64,000 nucleotides of DNA from Octopus vulgaris (Eukaryota). How positions within the stretch are numbered: position 1 is the stretch's first letter; each line of letters begins with the position of its first letter. Location: assembly GCA_951406725.2 (NCBI GenBank), contig OX597832.1, forward strand, positions 67,890,001 to 67,954,000, written 5' to 3'. Of the stretch, positions 25,634 through 38,684 are shown in pieces. The notes beneath the pieces were generated by a model, which saw nothing but the letters and a program-made list of their open reading frames with translations, was not told where the DNA came from and searched no databases. A program made the position numbers and the translations under genes.

Positions 25634-26571
25634 CATCCAGAAATATGCTAATAGCTTAGGAGTGGAGTTTAGGATTTATTGGTTTCTGTGAATCAATTTT
25701 GATAATTTCCCAGCTGTTTTCCACTCTATGGCAATACCATTGTTATGTTGTCATTATTCTGAGTAACATCCTTTGTTTTATTTTTCATATTTCTGATACT
25801 CCTTCAGGAGATTGCAGTAGGCAGCTGCGATCACTTTCATCTCTTCAGGCAACCTGACTGGGCCAACAAGTCTGTCCCCAATGATACCAGACCATAACAT
25901 GACTCCTCCGCCCTACTGTTGACGTCGTAAACATTGGTGACACGCATCTCCAAAATAGACCCAACCACCTGCGAAACCGTTACGTCTGTCAAAGTCCACC
26001 CTGGTTTTGTCAGTGAACGCCATGTTCTTTAAGGGCCCATTGAAGCCTCAGTCTCCTGTAACGAGAAAGTTTCAGGGGTTCCCACACCAAATCCATGGTA
26101 ACCGAGGATGCGATTTCTGGTGGTACATGATGAAGTACCGAGGCGGTGAAAATGGTTTTGCTTGTTTGTTCAGGTTTCCCACGTAACTTAAGGCCAATGT
26201 TCCTTAAATCCTTAGCTGTCAAAGTCTTAGTGGTTCCGCGATCGGATCATTTTTTTTCCATAGCGTTCATGTGGCTAAATAATTCATTATGTCAATAAAT
26301 GCTATGATGTTACTATGGTTTCCTGTTAGATATATACGTAATGTATGCTTAACGTATTATTAGCCTTCATTTACAATGTGATATTTTCATTCGTGGTTCA
26401 CCAAAAAACTGAAGAATGGGACCCCCCCCCAAAAAAAAAGGACGTTACATAGAATAATGAAGGCAAGGCAATATTGTTGCCATAGTGTGCAAAAACAACT
26501 GGTTTATCAAAATCGATTCACAGAACCAAGAAATCTTAAATTTTACTCCTAAGCTATTAGCGTAGTTCTGG

Positions 26572-26574
<3 letters not shown>
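25634..26574 (-). mobile_element. Internally deleted Tc1-family DNA transposon
   Basis: Imperfect TIRs of about 130 bp (catccagaaatatgctaatagcttaggagt... / ...actcctaagctattagcgtagttctgggtg) with TA on both sides. Minus strand reads FTDKTRVDFD...RRQQ*GGGVMLWSGIIGDRLVGP...AYCNLLKE. Confidence 0.9.
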
Positions 26575-26645
<71 letters not shown>

Positions 26646-26899
26646 ATCGCGGTACAGACAAACAGGAAAAATAACGTGAAGTACAATTTAATATAATGTA
26701 ATATGATATATATGATTATAAGGAAAATATTTTCTCCAATGCATAGACATCACTTTGAAGAGCTCAAGATATTAAACCTGAGGTAAGAATCAAAGTTAGG
26801 CAAATCAAGTTCGCGCATACACTTTAATGTTTGCTGGAACTGGAGACGTTCTTATAAAGTCAAGATTAGTTTCGCGGAAAAGATTTGCTATTTTGGTTT

Positions 26900-27177
26900 T
26901 CAATTTACCATCACGTATATAGAATAAATATTCTCTCTCCGCATGTCCTTAATTGTAGAGCCTGATTATAGTAAGGAGCATGAATACTAAATATTTCCTG
27001 GGTAGCTGATGAAATAGAGACTCTTATTGAAATGCCTGTAATTATGCTGTCAAGGGGTATTCTAGGATGGTTTGAAGGGACATTTATATACTGCAACGTT
27101 AGGTTTGTTTTATGAAATGTATAGTATAAATTTGTATTCATATTGAGTGTAAGATCCAAGAAATTTAAAAACTTGGT
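26900..27177 (-). mobile_element. Penelope-like reverse transcriptase C-terminal fragment
   Basis: LNFLDLTLNMNTNLYYTFHKTNLTLQYINVPSNHP...HAPYYNQAL matches the PLE RT FLD..K..Y..SNHP pattern. Confidence 0.8.
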
Positions 27178-27202
27178 ATATATATATATATATATATATA
27201 TA

Positions 27203-27404
27203 TGATCTCGCGTGTACCGTTGGCGATTTTTTCCTCTGTCTTCCCTTCTCTGGATCTTTCCTTCTCCTATGTTTCCGACGAAAAGCTCCGCTCGAAACGT
27301 TAAACCCTCCTTCTTTCCTTCTTTCCTGCCTGTCCAATAATACCATATTTGTTCCACGTCCTCGCGTTGTTGTGTTTTTTTGTGCTTTCTTGTTTGGATT
27401 AACT
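27203..27404 (+). mobile_element. Short (TA)n-flanked dispersed element carrying a minimal hammerhead at 27271-27305
   Basis: gttt CCGACGA aaagc-tcc-gctc GAAA cg TT aaac. A second copy at about 30132-30265 lacks the ribozyme segment, and a 3' fragment lies at about 28520-28590. Confidence 0.7.
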
Positions 27405-27482
27405 ATATATATATTGGTAAAACGGTAAGATAATAAAAGAAAGAAAGATACCTCAATATTATGTAAATAGAGGAAATTTATC

Positions 27483-27642
27483 TATACAATAATATGTTAC
27501 ATTACTCGATAGTCAAGATAAAACTCTGAGTTTCAGATGCCGAAGTGGAAATCCACAACACCATATCTTCGGTGTTGTGGATTTCCACTTCGGCATCTGA
27601 AACTCAGAGTTTTATCTTGACTATCGAGTAATGTAACATATT

Positions 27643-27650
<8 letters not shown>
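27483..27650. repeat. Perfect palindrome (80-bp arms, 8-nt loop) made of the same PLE terminal repeat as 23826/25566
   Basis: 27483-27562 is the reverse complement of 27571-27650, with loop atatcttc. It is followed by (TA)n. Confidence 0.95.
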
Positions 27651-27699
<49 letters not shown>

Positions 27700-27705
<6 letters not shown>

Positions 27706-28056
27706 TTTTACTTGTTTCAGCCATCTGACTGCTTCACTGCTGGAGCACCGCCTGTAGTCGAACAAATCGACCCCAGGATTTATTCTTTGTAAGCCTAGTG
27801 CTTATTATATCGGTTGCTTTTGCAGAACCGTTAAGTCACGGGGAGGTAAACACACCAACAACGGTTGTCAATGATGGTAGGAAACACACACACACATATG
27901 TATGCGATGGGCTGCTTTCATTTTCCGTCTACCAAATACACTGAAACGGTTTGGGTCGGTTCGAGAACACTTGCCCAAAGTTCCAGGCTGTGCGACTAAA
28001 CCTGGAATTGTGTGGTAGGGGAAGCAAGTTCTTACCACGCAGCCATGCTTGTGCCT
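27700..28056 (-). mobile_element. tRNA-derived SINE (same family as 24290-24683)
   Basis: ttttacttgtttcag.cat.tgactgc...gctggagcaccg...aaatcgaccc...ttccgtctaccaaat...cttaccac.cagcca blocks are colinear with the 24.3 kb copy. Confidence 0.85.
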
Positions 28057-28583
28057 TACAAAATATGGAACGCTTCACAAATTGTTAAAAAAAGAAACCG
28101 CAGATTTGATATGTAATTATTCTGCAGACTGAATTTCACCATTCATTTCAAATTCTACAAATGCCTCATTGAAAAAGAAAATAAAAACTATATACGTATA
28201 TTTGGTTACCGTGAACATACATAAGTGCTTTACGAGAACACCGCTTGCATTATAATACATTATGTTCACCATGTATGTAAATATCTATGTATCATGTTAT
28301 ATAATATATTATATTAAAATGTACTTCCTATTGTTCTTCCTGTATGTGTGTACCACCATTTTAGCGTGAACACTCCCTTGTGGGAAATAAATTGCTGGGA
28401 CCTAATATCTTTGAGACAATCTTTCGATTAAAATAATTTGCATCATTTCTCGCTTCACTAAAACTCTTAAAAACCGAATACATTCGTTGCTAAATTCAGT
28501 AAAATGGAAAAGCGTTTGCATGTACCACGTACTCGCGTTGTTGAATCTTTCTCTCCTTGTGTTTTTTCTTCGTTTATTTTTGA

Positions 28584-28629
<46 letters not shown>

Positions 28630-28776
28630 AAAGTAATTAAGATTCAAGTGAGTTCTGTTGAATTCACATGAATGAGGTACTTAACTTAGATGCACCAGAA
28701 ATCTATATGGTATTAACCATAAGATAATGCGGGGTGATTATATAAGCAAGAAAAAAGCAACAAAAATGGATCAATA

Positions 28777-28865
28777 TTTCGGTACAATTGCTTCGTACGA
28801 AGACACCTTTATTAAGGCTGCAAATATTGCAGCAAATACACGTAGCCCGTACTCATCAGCCGAAA
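28777..28865 (-). ncRNA. Type I hammerhead ribozyme with extended stem II (GAAG instead of GAAA)
   Basis: Minus strand: tttcgg CTGATGA gtacggg...ttcgtac GAAG caattg TA ccgaaa. Confidence 0.8.
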
Positions 28866-29993
28866 AAAATATCTGAGTTCTCAAAACATCTAAGGGGATG
28901 AGGCTACACTCATGAAACATTCGGGATAGTTCTATAAAAATCAGATTTAGATAATAAACGGACATCCCAAATTCTCTAATGTTGCAGAGTCAAATAACAG
29001 GCTTTAAAAAGTATGGTTATTTTCTCTCTAAATGTACCAGATTTGGAACATAAAGATATAAATTTAGTGGCTAAAAAACTTTCATTCTAATAGAATATAT
29101 AGATAATTTAAATTAATTTAATCTAAATTTTTCTAATTTAGGTAAACCAACTTAAAGCTAAGAAGTTAATAAAACTTAGTAATTCTTATATACTATAAGT
29201 AAATTAAAGCTAATCCCATAGAAATAATATAACGATTTTTAATTATGATAAACAATACTCCCAATTCTTTCTTTTGTCCCAAAGTCTGCCAAGGTATAAG
29301 TAATAACATTAATAAATAAAGAAATAAATTGAATGACCTCTTTTCTAGTGTTGCACTGAAATCTATTAAATACTTTTTCCTATAATGATAACCTTTTGAC
29401 CCGCCTTTACCTTCCCTTGTCCTCTTTATATAGCAATTAACAACAGAATGCTGGTCAAGATTAACTTTCTTTTTTTAAAACTCTTAGATTCTTACAAATT
29501 CTAACCCAGTCAACCTGTCTCCACTGAAAAAAAACTATTCTGCATAGGTGGATATTTACAATCACAATCCCATTCCTTCTCAGTTATCCTTTATACCCTT
29601 TGTGAGTGATTGTCTATACGCTCCACTAAATTTCCTTCAACAAATTCTAACATAACAGTTTTGTAAAATGATCAGAAATGCAAACAGCATACCTTCATAC
29701 ATCAGGAAACCCACTTTATTATGAACTAATTATGGATAGATACATCGTCTGTGAGTATGAAATCTCTCCTCGTATCTCCAGAATTCAAACATTCGTCATT
29801 ATTATAGATGGATTTACATTTTCAATTTTTGTGAAACTAAGAGGTTTTTTAAAATACTTTTTTAAAGCCTGTTATTTGACTCTGCAACATTAGAGAACTT
29901 TGGATGTCCGTTTATTATCTAAATTTGATTTTTATAGAACTATCCCGAATGTTTCATGAGTGTAGCCTCACCCCCATAGATGTTTTGAGAACA

Positions 29994-30076
29994 CAGATGA
30001 GTACGGGCCACGTGTATTTGCTGCAATATTTGCAGCCTTAATAAAGGTGTCTTCGTACGAAACAATTGTACCGAAA
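29994..30076 (+). ncRNA. 5'-deleted hammerhead copy in the right inverted repeat
   Basis: caGATGA gtacggg...ttcgtac GAAA caattg TA ccgaaa. The 5' strand of stem I and the CT are lost by a 16-nt deletion between 'gat' repeats. Confidence 0.7.
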
Positions 30077-30261
30077 TATTGATCCATTTTTGTTGCTTTT
30101 TTCTTGCTTGTATATATATATATATACAACATGTGACCTCGTGAGCACCGCCAGCAATTTTTTTCCCTCTGTCTTCCCTTCTTTCCTGAGCGTCCAATAA
30201 TACTTTATTTGTTCCACGTCCTCGCGTTGGTGTGTTTTTTTGTGTTTTCTTGTTTGGATTA

Positions 30262-30348
<87 letters not shown>

Positions 30349-30349
30349 T

Positions 30350-30416
<67 letters not shown>

Positions 30417-30524
30417 CCATCTGTCTATTTAGCCATGTACTTACGTCATTACCTTTCTCTACCTCTTTCCTATCTATCCATCTAGCAGTCTTGATATGTA
30501 TGTATATGTGTGTATGTATATGTG

Positions 30525-30596
<72 letters not shown>

Positions 30597-30974
30597 GATG
30601 TACATATATATATAGAGAGAGAGAGACATACAGACATAAATAGATATAGATACACCAACACACGCATGCATACAAACATACGTACATACATACATACATA
30701 CATACATACATACATACATACATACAAACATACATGCATGCATGCATGCATGAATACATACATGCTAACAAAGAAACTGGAAATATAAGACGTGTTGAAA
30801 AGCGAAAAAAAAATGTTGCTTTCAGTGTAGACATATCCATTACTTAAAAATGTAAGAAGAAACAGTCTTGAGTGACAAGAGGTGAAATCACCCAAGAAAT
30901 ATGTAAAAAAATGTAGGCTGGATACTATTCCCAAACTTTCAGAAATGCTGATCGCTCTTAGCCAAAAAGTCCAA

Positions 30975-32095
30975 CGTAATCTTGGATTATTTACATTATT
31001 TACTTTTGACGGATATTTGTCCTCATCGTGATATACCCTCCAGCCTTCATCGGGTATCTTGGGGATATTTCGAACCTGAGTTCTTAATCCTAAGTTATTT
31101 TTCGATGTTATTATTATTATTATTATTGTGAGCTCGAATCCCGGACCGGGCTGCGTGTTGTGTTCTTGAGCAAGGCACTTTATTTCACGTTGCTCCAGTT
31201 CACTCAGCTGTAGAAATGAGTTGCGACGTCACTAGTACCAAGCTGTATCGACCTTTGTCTTTCCCTTGGATAACACTGGTGGCGTGGAGAGGGGAGGCTG
31301 GTATGCATGGGCGACTGCTGGTCTTCCATAAAAACAACCTTGCCCGGACTTGTGTCTAGGAGGGTAACTTTCTAGGTGCAATCCCATGGTCATTCATGAC
31401 CGAAGGGGGTCTTTACCCTTTTTTACTATTATTATTCAGATCACTGCTTGGAATCGAACTCAGAATCTTGATGTTAGTAGACCGTGCTCTTAACCACTAT
31501 GCCATTATGTAAATAATGTACATAATTACTCATCTCTTAAATATACAACTGTATAATCTTCGATGTTTAAAATATCTAATGTTCTCAAAGTACAATTAAA
31601 ACGCAGGTTCAAACAAGGAATTAACATCCAACGTAATGAAAATATATAACTATAGTTACTGTAATATAAAGTTGAAGTTAAACACATTGGCCCAAATCAA
31701 ATGCTGACAAATAACCCAGACCATTGAGCCAGTCCTAAGCCCAACCCTTATATCCAAAACGTGAGCCGCCACGTTATTGCAAAATTTGACACGAAACCAT
31801 AAACCGAACAAAAAATATCTCAGCCTAAACACTAGCTCAAACACCATAACACTAACCTTTATACTATAACTATGTATAAAACAAAAACTCTGACCTGGAT
31901 TACTAACAGCAACACTAATTGTAAATCGTGACTACAGGGAAACGTTTTCAAAGAAATATATTCTTGCAATGAAAAAGACATATTATTTTGCGTTTTGAGA
32001 ATTTTCTGTTTCGGCGCTTCATGCTCACGAAATCCAATACATACATCTATGCATATGTTAGATACACTCATTCATACAAACTCACACATACAACC

Positions 32096-32135
<40 letters not shown>

Positions 32136-33533
32136 CTACTCTTTGGGCTTAACATTCTGCACCTCTCCTGCTTTAATTTCCTACTCTTTGGACTTACATA
32201 GCCTTTTCTTCTCTAGGCATAACGGCCCGAAAATTCTGGGGAGGGGGCCAGTCGATTAGATGCACCGCAGTACGTAACTGGTACTTAATTTATCGACTCT
32301 GAAAGGATGAAAGGCAAAATGGATCTCGGCGAAATGTGAACTCAGAACGTAAGGACATATGAAATACCTATTTCTTTACTATCCACAAGGAGCTAAACAC
32401 AAAGAGGACAAACAAGGAACAGTAATCTTAAGTCGATTATTTACAGTGCGTAACTTTACCTAATTTATGACGGAATTTGTCCTCATGTGATATACCCTCC
32501 ACTTCTCGGTATCTTGGGGATATTTCGAACCTGACTAAGTTATTTTTCATGTTATTATTATTATTATTATTGTGAGCTCGAATCCCGGACGCGTGTTGTG
32601 TTCTTGAGCAAGGCACTTTATTTCACGTTGCTCCAGTTCACTCAGCTGTAGAAATGAGTTGCGACGTCACTAGTACCAAGCTGTATCGACCTTTGTCTTT
32701 GCCTTGGATAACACTGGTGGCGTGGAGAGGGGAGGCTGGTATGCATGGGCGACTGCTGGTCTTCCATAAAAACAACCTTGCCCGGACTTGTGTCTAGGAG
32801 GGTAACTTTCTAGGTGCAATCCCATGGTCATTCATGACCGAAGGGGGTCTTTACCCTTTTTTACTATTATTATTCAGATCACTGCTTGGAATCGAACTCA
32901 GAATCTTGATGTTAGTAGACCGTGCTCTTAACCACTATGCCATTATGTAAATAATGTACATAATTACTCATCTCTTAAATATACAACTGTATAATCTTCG
33001 ATGTTTAAAATATCTAATGTTCTCAAAGTACAATTAAAACGCAGGTTCAAACAAGGAATTAACATCCAACGTAATGAAAATATATAACTATAGTTACTGT
33101 AATATAAAGTTGAAGTTAAACACATTGGCCCAAATCAAATGCTGACAAATAACCCAGACCATTGAGCCAGTCCTAAGCCCAACCCTTATATCCAAAACGT
33201 GAGCCGCCACGTTATTGCAAAATTTGACACGAAACCATAAACCGAACAAAAAATATCTCAGCCTAAACACTAGCTCAAACACCATAACACTAACCTTTAT
33301 ACTATAACTATGTATAAAACAAAAACTCTGACCTGGATTACTAACAGCAACACTAATTGTAAATCGTGACTACAGGGAAACGTTTTCAAAGAAATATATT
33401 CTTGCAATGAAAAAGACATATTATTTTGCGTTTTGAGAATTTTCTGTTTCGGCGCTTCATGCTCACGAAATCCAATACATACATCTATGCATATGTTAGA
33501 TACACTCATTCATACAAACTCACACATACAACC

Positions 33534-33573
<40 letters not shown>

Positions 33574-33860
33574 CTACTCTTTGGGCTTAACATTCTGCAC
33601 CTCTCCTGCTTTAATTTCCTACTCTTTGGACTTACATAGCCTTTTCTTCTCTAGGCATAACGGCCCGAAAATTCTGGGGAGGGGGCCAGTCGATTAGATG
33701 CACCGCAGTACGTAACTGGTACTTAATTTATCGACTCTGAAAGGATGAAAGGCAAAATGGATCTCGGCGAAATGTGAACTCAGAACGTAAGGACATATGA
33801 AATACCTATTTCTTTACTATCCACAAGGAGCTAAACACAAAGAGGACAAACAAGGACAGA
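30975..33860 (+). repeat. Direct tandem duplication, period 1438 bp, built from SINE pieces and a low-complexity (aaaccc/taac-rich) tract
   Basis: Identical ORFs at 31656/33094, 31859/33297 and 31995/33433. The junction 32415-32600 is corrupted. Confidence 0.95.
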
Positions 33861-34040
33861 CAAACGGATTAAGTCGATTATATCGACCCGAGTGCGTAAC
33901 TGGTACCTAATTTATCGACCCAGAAAGGATGAAAGGCAAAGTCCACCTCGGCGGAATTTGAACTCAGAACGTGACGCCAGACGAAATAGGGCTATGCATT
34001 TCGCCTGGCGTGTTACCGTTTCTGCCAACTCACCGCCGTA
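33650..34040 (-). mobile_element. Second tRNA-derived SINE family (other copies near 32210-32460, 45050-45265, 51800-51950, 61890-62105)
   Basis: Shared core gtcgatta.atcgaccc.agtgcgtaactggtact.aatttatcgacc.cgaaaggatgaaaggcaaagtc.acctcggcggaatttgaactcaga, with the reverse complement of a B-box-like GTTCAAATTCC. Confidence 0.75.
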
Positions 34041-35459
34041 TCGTAACTATTTCCCGAACTTTCTGCACCTCTCCTCATCTACATGCCAGCACTCCACTCG
34101 GATTACCAGTGGAAATGCTGACTCTACTTTCACGGATGTCACTAGATTTTTTCTGTTTATATTTATGTGTGTGTAAGTGCTTTGCGTGTGTGCATTTGTG
34201 CGCGTGTGTGTGATGGATTACCTGAGTTTATGTATGCGTGTATATATGCATACATACACACTCTATGTACAATGTTTAAATTTGTAAGCACTTTCATTGA
34301 TCCATTTGAAATTATTTTCAGAGAGATAATTGAATTCAGAAATCGAGATCAATTCGGAATATTTTAGCAATAAATATGTTACGTCAACTGTTAACCTTCG
34401 TCGGACTTTTCTTCTCATCTTCTTTGTTGCTTTCACATTTCGGTTGTTGTACGCTCCAGCCTTCTTCAGGTGTTTTGTGTTGAACTCAATTATTCCATCG
34501 GTATTTCGAAGCTAAACTTTATTTGATCTCCACGAGTACAGTGTTCTCATTCCGCTCCCTACAGCTATAGCTCACTAGATGAAGACATTTGTCAATACAG
34601 AGCAGTCATCTAGCGGTTGATGAGTTCAATCACATGAAAAGCGCTTATGTAATTCACATAACTAAAGCGAAAGAAGACAATAATGTCACAAGGCATAGAG
34701 ATCGGAATGGGATCAATGCAACTCTGTAGCTGAAATAAAGGGTTCGGTTCGAAATTCTGAAACAATAAGTGAGTGCGACAAAAGACACTGGAAGAAACCT
34801 GGAACATATAACAGTGGAAATGTAGTGAGAGCAACAGTCAAGATGAGGACCTCAATCCACCCAATGTACGCAGTGTGTGTGATATAAATTCCTCATCACA
34901 GTAATATAGTATCCAATAAATGTTTTCTATTTGATGATTTTCTTTTCCAGTAGAAACACACACACACTTACGCATGTGAGTACGTGTGCGTGTTTGTATT
35001 TGAGTGTGTGTCTACGTGACTGTGTCTGTGTGTCTTTGCGTGTGACTGTGTGTGTAATATATATATAGGACAATTTACAACAAACACAGGATTAGATTAT
35101 TAGTTTCGACGTAAGATTCATCATCGCGTTTGGTTAAAAACCTACATTGGCAGTTCCAAGGAACTATAATAATGAACCGTAAATAGGAAGTAATATTATA
35201 ATCTTATCATTATTCCCAGTTTTCTAACATTTGCACTGTATAACATAGCTAGAAATACAATAAGTAGTAGCTTAACACAATACTGAAAGCAGCGGTGGCT
35301 GCGATATTCTATGGGGAGATATTAACTTGACTGTAATAGCTGCAGGTTTATTTGTACACAAAGGATACACTGCATATGTATATAGACATATATACGACTG
35401 TATACACAGACATATATTTGTGTGTGTGTATATATATGTGTATGAATATAAATATACAT

Positions 35460-35490
<31 letters not shown>

Positions 35491-36249
35491 GAAAACATAA
35501 AACCAGAGAGGCACACTTTGAGAAGAGCAATCTATATTTATTATGGGAAATCCACCGTCGAGGTCTGTACATTAATGGAACGAAACACAGCAATCTGTTA
35601 GTGGCTGAACGCATGCAGATCCTGAAAAAGCTCGCACGCACCAGGGACCATACTGAACTGCAGAACGGAGATTTTCGGGCCGTGCTTGTATTTCGGGAGA
35701 TTCCTGAGAACCGCATAATAGTGATAATAGGGTTATTAGCGATAATTACACCATAGCTGGAAATTGATTGCGGAGGAGAGTGGGAGATAGCCCCCATAAT
35801 TTTGCGCTCATAGCCGAAAGGCGGCGTAGCTGAAATAGGACGACACAGACGGAAGCCGATGACCAGGAGGAAAGGGAGATAATCCTCATTGTTTATATCT
35901 GTATCGTTTCCCCCTCCATAAATATATATATATATGAAGTCATAACGAAACTAGTTTTTAGGCAACACTAATAGAGATTTCTTATTTTCTTGTCATAATT
36001 CTTATTTTCCAGAGCGTCGTTCGTTTGACTGTTGAAGAGAGAGCTTAGATAGCAGCACACTTTGAAGTGTAGAATACCATTGTTTGAGTTCAGAGATGGT
36101 GGTGTGCATGGAAAAGTGAGCATTCAACACTACGTCCGGAGACGATAAAAAGTTGTCATGCAAAGCTGATGACCACGGGCTCTGTGAACGATGCAAGTAG
36201 AAGACGCCGGCCAACCACATCCTGATCAGCGGAGAACGGGACAATAGTA

Positions 36250-36723
36250 TATGAGATGTTTATCGCTGCTAGTGAAAGTGGACTAACAAGACAAACAATA
36301 CGTAGGGTGTTGCATAAAGAACTGAATTTTTGTCTGTGGAAACCCTATTACGTACTGGAGCTAAAACCTAAAGACTGTGACCGAAGAAGACCAGCAGTCC
36401 AGATCTCACTCCGTGTGATTTTTCCGTGTGGAGTTCCACAAAAGAGGAGGAGTACAAGACAAAGTCTCACACACTGGAGGACTTGGAGACACGCATTCAG
36501 GAGGTTCTCAGTGGTATCTCAGACGACGTCCTACAGAAGGTTGTTCATTCTATCCGTGGCCGTTTGAGAAAAGTTCTTGAGGCCACCGCTGCTTAGCTTG
36601 AACTATAAAGATTTACTTTCATTTACCCATCTACTAAAGGACACGTATAAATGGTTTTAATAAATTTGTAAAAGGAATATATATTTTATTACCAATTTTA
36701 ATGCCTACTTACTTTTCATCCAG

Positions 36724-36730
<7 letters not shown>
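36250..36730 (+). mobile_element. IS630-Tc1-mariner transposase relic (maT/DD37D-like), internally deleted
   Basis: TIRRVLHKELNFCLWKPYYVLELKPKDCDRR joined to PSSPDLTPCDFSVW...LEDLETRIQE...RGRLRKV. It ends at (TA)n. Confidence 0.7.
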
Positions 36731-36781
<51 letters not shown>

Positions 36782-36889
36782 CACACACACATACACACAC
36801 ACACACAATTACATTTATAGATTTTTCATTGTTTTCAAAAATATTTTTTAAACATTCATAAAAATAGTTGTAATAATATAATTAATGAA

Positions 36890-37252
36890 AATAAGAGCAC
36901 TCAGAGAGCGCAAATATCCGTGAAGGCAACAGTAACGTACTCTCAAAGATTAGCTGGCGCTGAGTTTTAAAATGCGAATGTCTTAAACAGCCTCGGCCGC
37001 TTTCAAAAACGAGAATATTAGACATGAACACGACTGCTCTCAAAACTTAAATTTAAAACATCAAGAAAAAATGTCCAGTACCCTTGTCCGGTGCCAGATC
37101 GATTCCACAATCTAATCAGTTCGTGACAGTCACGTGGCAAAACATCCCTGAAAGTTTCATCGGAATCCATTCAGCGGTTCTTGAGATATCATGGACAAAC
37201 AAACAAGCACGACTGAAAACAATACCTCAGCCTTAGCTAAGGTGGAGGTAAA
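36890..37252. mobile_element. Helentron/DINE-1-like non-autonomous element
   Basis: Terminal hairpin tacctcagcctt-agct-aaggtggaggta, an (aaac)n block and the aagtttcatcggaatcc...cggttcttgagatatc core, which resemble HINE-type elements. Family assignment is by resemblance only. Confidence 0.5.
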
Positions 37253-37374
<122 letters not shown>

Positions 37375-37784
37375 AGTGTGTGTGCGTATGTCTTTTTGTT
37401 TATATATGACCAAAAGTATCAACTTCAATCAATGTTTTTACTCATTTCGTCAATTTTCTGCCAATAATTCCCCTTTAATGAACCTCTAAACCTATCGCAA
37501 GCATAAATTTAATCAAGTTGTCAATATTTCTGTCGTTAGAAGCTGAAATCTCTCATAAATTCTTAGCAAAGATTATGAAAGCTAATTGAATTTTTCCGGA
37601 TTTTAATTTTTGTTAATTTTGTTTCGTTCTTTCAAATTATTGTAAATGATGTTTCTGAATTTTTTGTACTTATCCTTTGAAATTTTTTTCTTTTTTGTTG
37701 AATTTGTATTGGAAACCTACCAACTAATCAGTCACACATGCAAGACACACATAGATGCACACATGCGTATATATATATATATAT

Positions 37785-37864
<80 letters not shown>

Positions 37865-37959
37865 ATACATATACATATGTATATATAAAAATAATATATA
37901 TATTTTTATATATACATAGCAGTAGGTAAATTTTTGTCGTTGCTCTTCTTGCGATTATT

Positions 37960-38611
37960 ATCAGTGGAAACACTAACATCTATCAGTCTACAGGTATTTT
38001 CTTCTCAGCCTTTAATTACTATGTCTGGCTGATTAGCCTAGATCGTTCTGTCGGTGTTAATTAGAGTATCCACGTACCAAGCTAGCAGAATCACCGGAAA
38101 AATTTGCTCAACGATATTTTGTTTGTATTTAGCAGCTCCAATATTCTTAATGTGCTTTTCAAAGCTCTTGGAAACTGCCCCTTAAAGTTCCAATTACCAC
38201 CGGTATCACCATTACTTTCCTCAGTGGTTGGTATTCCTAAGTGTTTTCTGTTTCCTTACACTTCATCCACCACGAATCGCCTGATATTGCAATATCCATC
38301 ATCTTTGCTTCTTTTTCATCTTTATGGATGATAACGACATCTGGCCGTCTCGTCTCTATGACATGGTCGCACTGCATGTTAAAATCCCAGTGCATTTTTT
38401 AATATTTGTTTTCCATTTCTCCCTCTGGCTTGTGTTCATACCACTGTTCGGCTCTCTCGAGGTTTGTTTTACCGCACAACTGCCAGTGGATCTATCTGGC
38501 CATATTCACGTGTCTCCTTTCGTATTTGCGTTGTGTGAGCTTACATCACTCACTAACCTAGTTAATAATGTCTCCTTTCTCAGAGCAGATCCTACACTGG
38601 CAAGTCAGTGC

Positions 38612-38612
<1 letters not shown>
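37960..38612 (-). mobile_element. R4/Dong-type RLE non-LTR retrotransposon 3' fragment
   Basis: Minus strand: CQCRICSEKG...YERRHVNMAR*IHWQLCGK...QWYEHKPEG...WDFNMQCDHVIETRRPDVVIIHKDEKEAKMMDIAISGD (zinc-finger relic plus PD-D endonuclease). Confidence 0.85.

Positions 38613-38684
<72 letters not shown>

Larger units (their letters stand above)
28744..30109. mobile_element. About 1.37-kb element with ~260-270-bp terminal inverted repeats, each containing a hammerhead motif (PLE-type inverted pLTRs)
   Basis: 28744-29014 is the reverse complement of about 29854-30109. The right end abuts (TA)n. The interior is AT-rich with no intact ORF. Confidence 0.85.

Noticed and set aside
34420-34480. Minus-strand acacCTGAAGAaggctgg...aaccGAAAtgtg hammerhead remnant
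   Set aside because: Probably a decayed ribozyme, but stem III and the cleavage triplet are missing, so it is too degenerate to call.
35352-35920. 134-aa and 149-aa ORFs in a GC-richer island between (TA)n tracts
   Set aside because: Part of each ORF is microsatellite and the rest has no recognisable motif. It is probably an unclassified repeat fragment.
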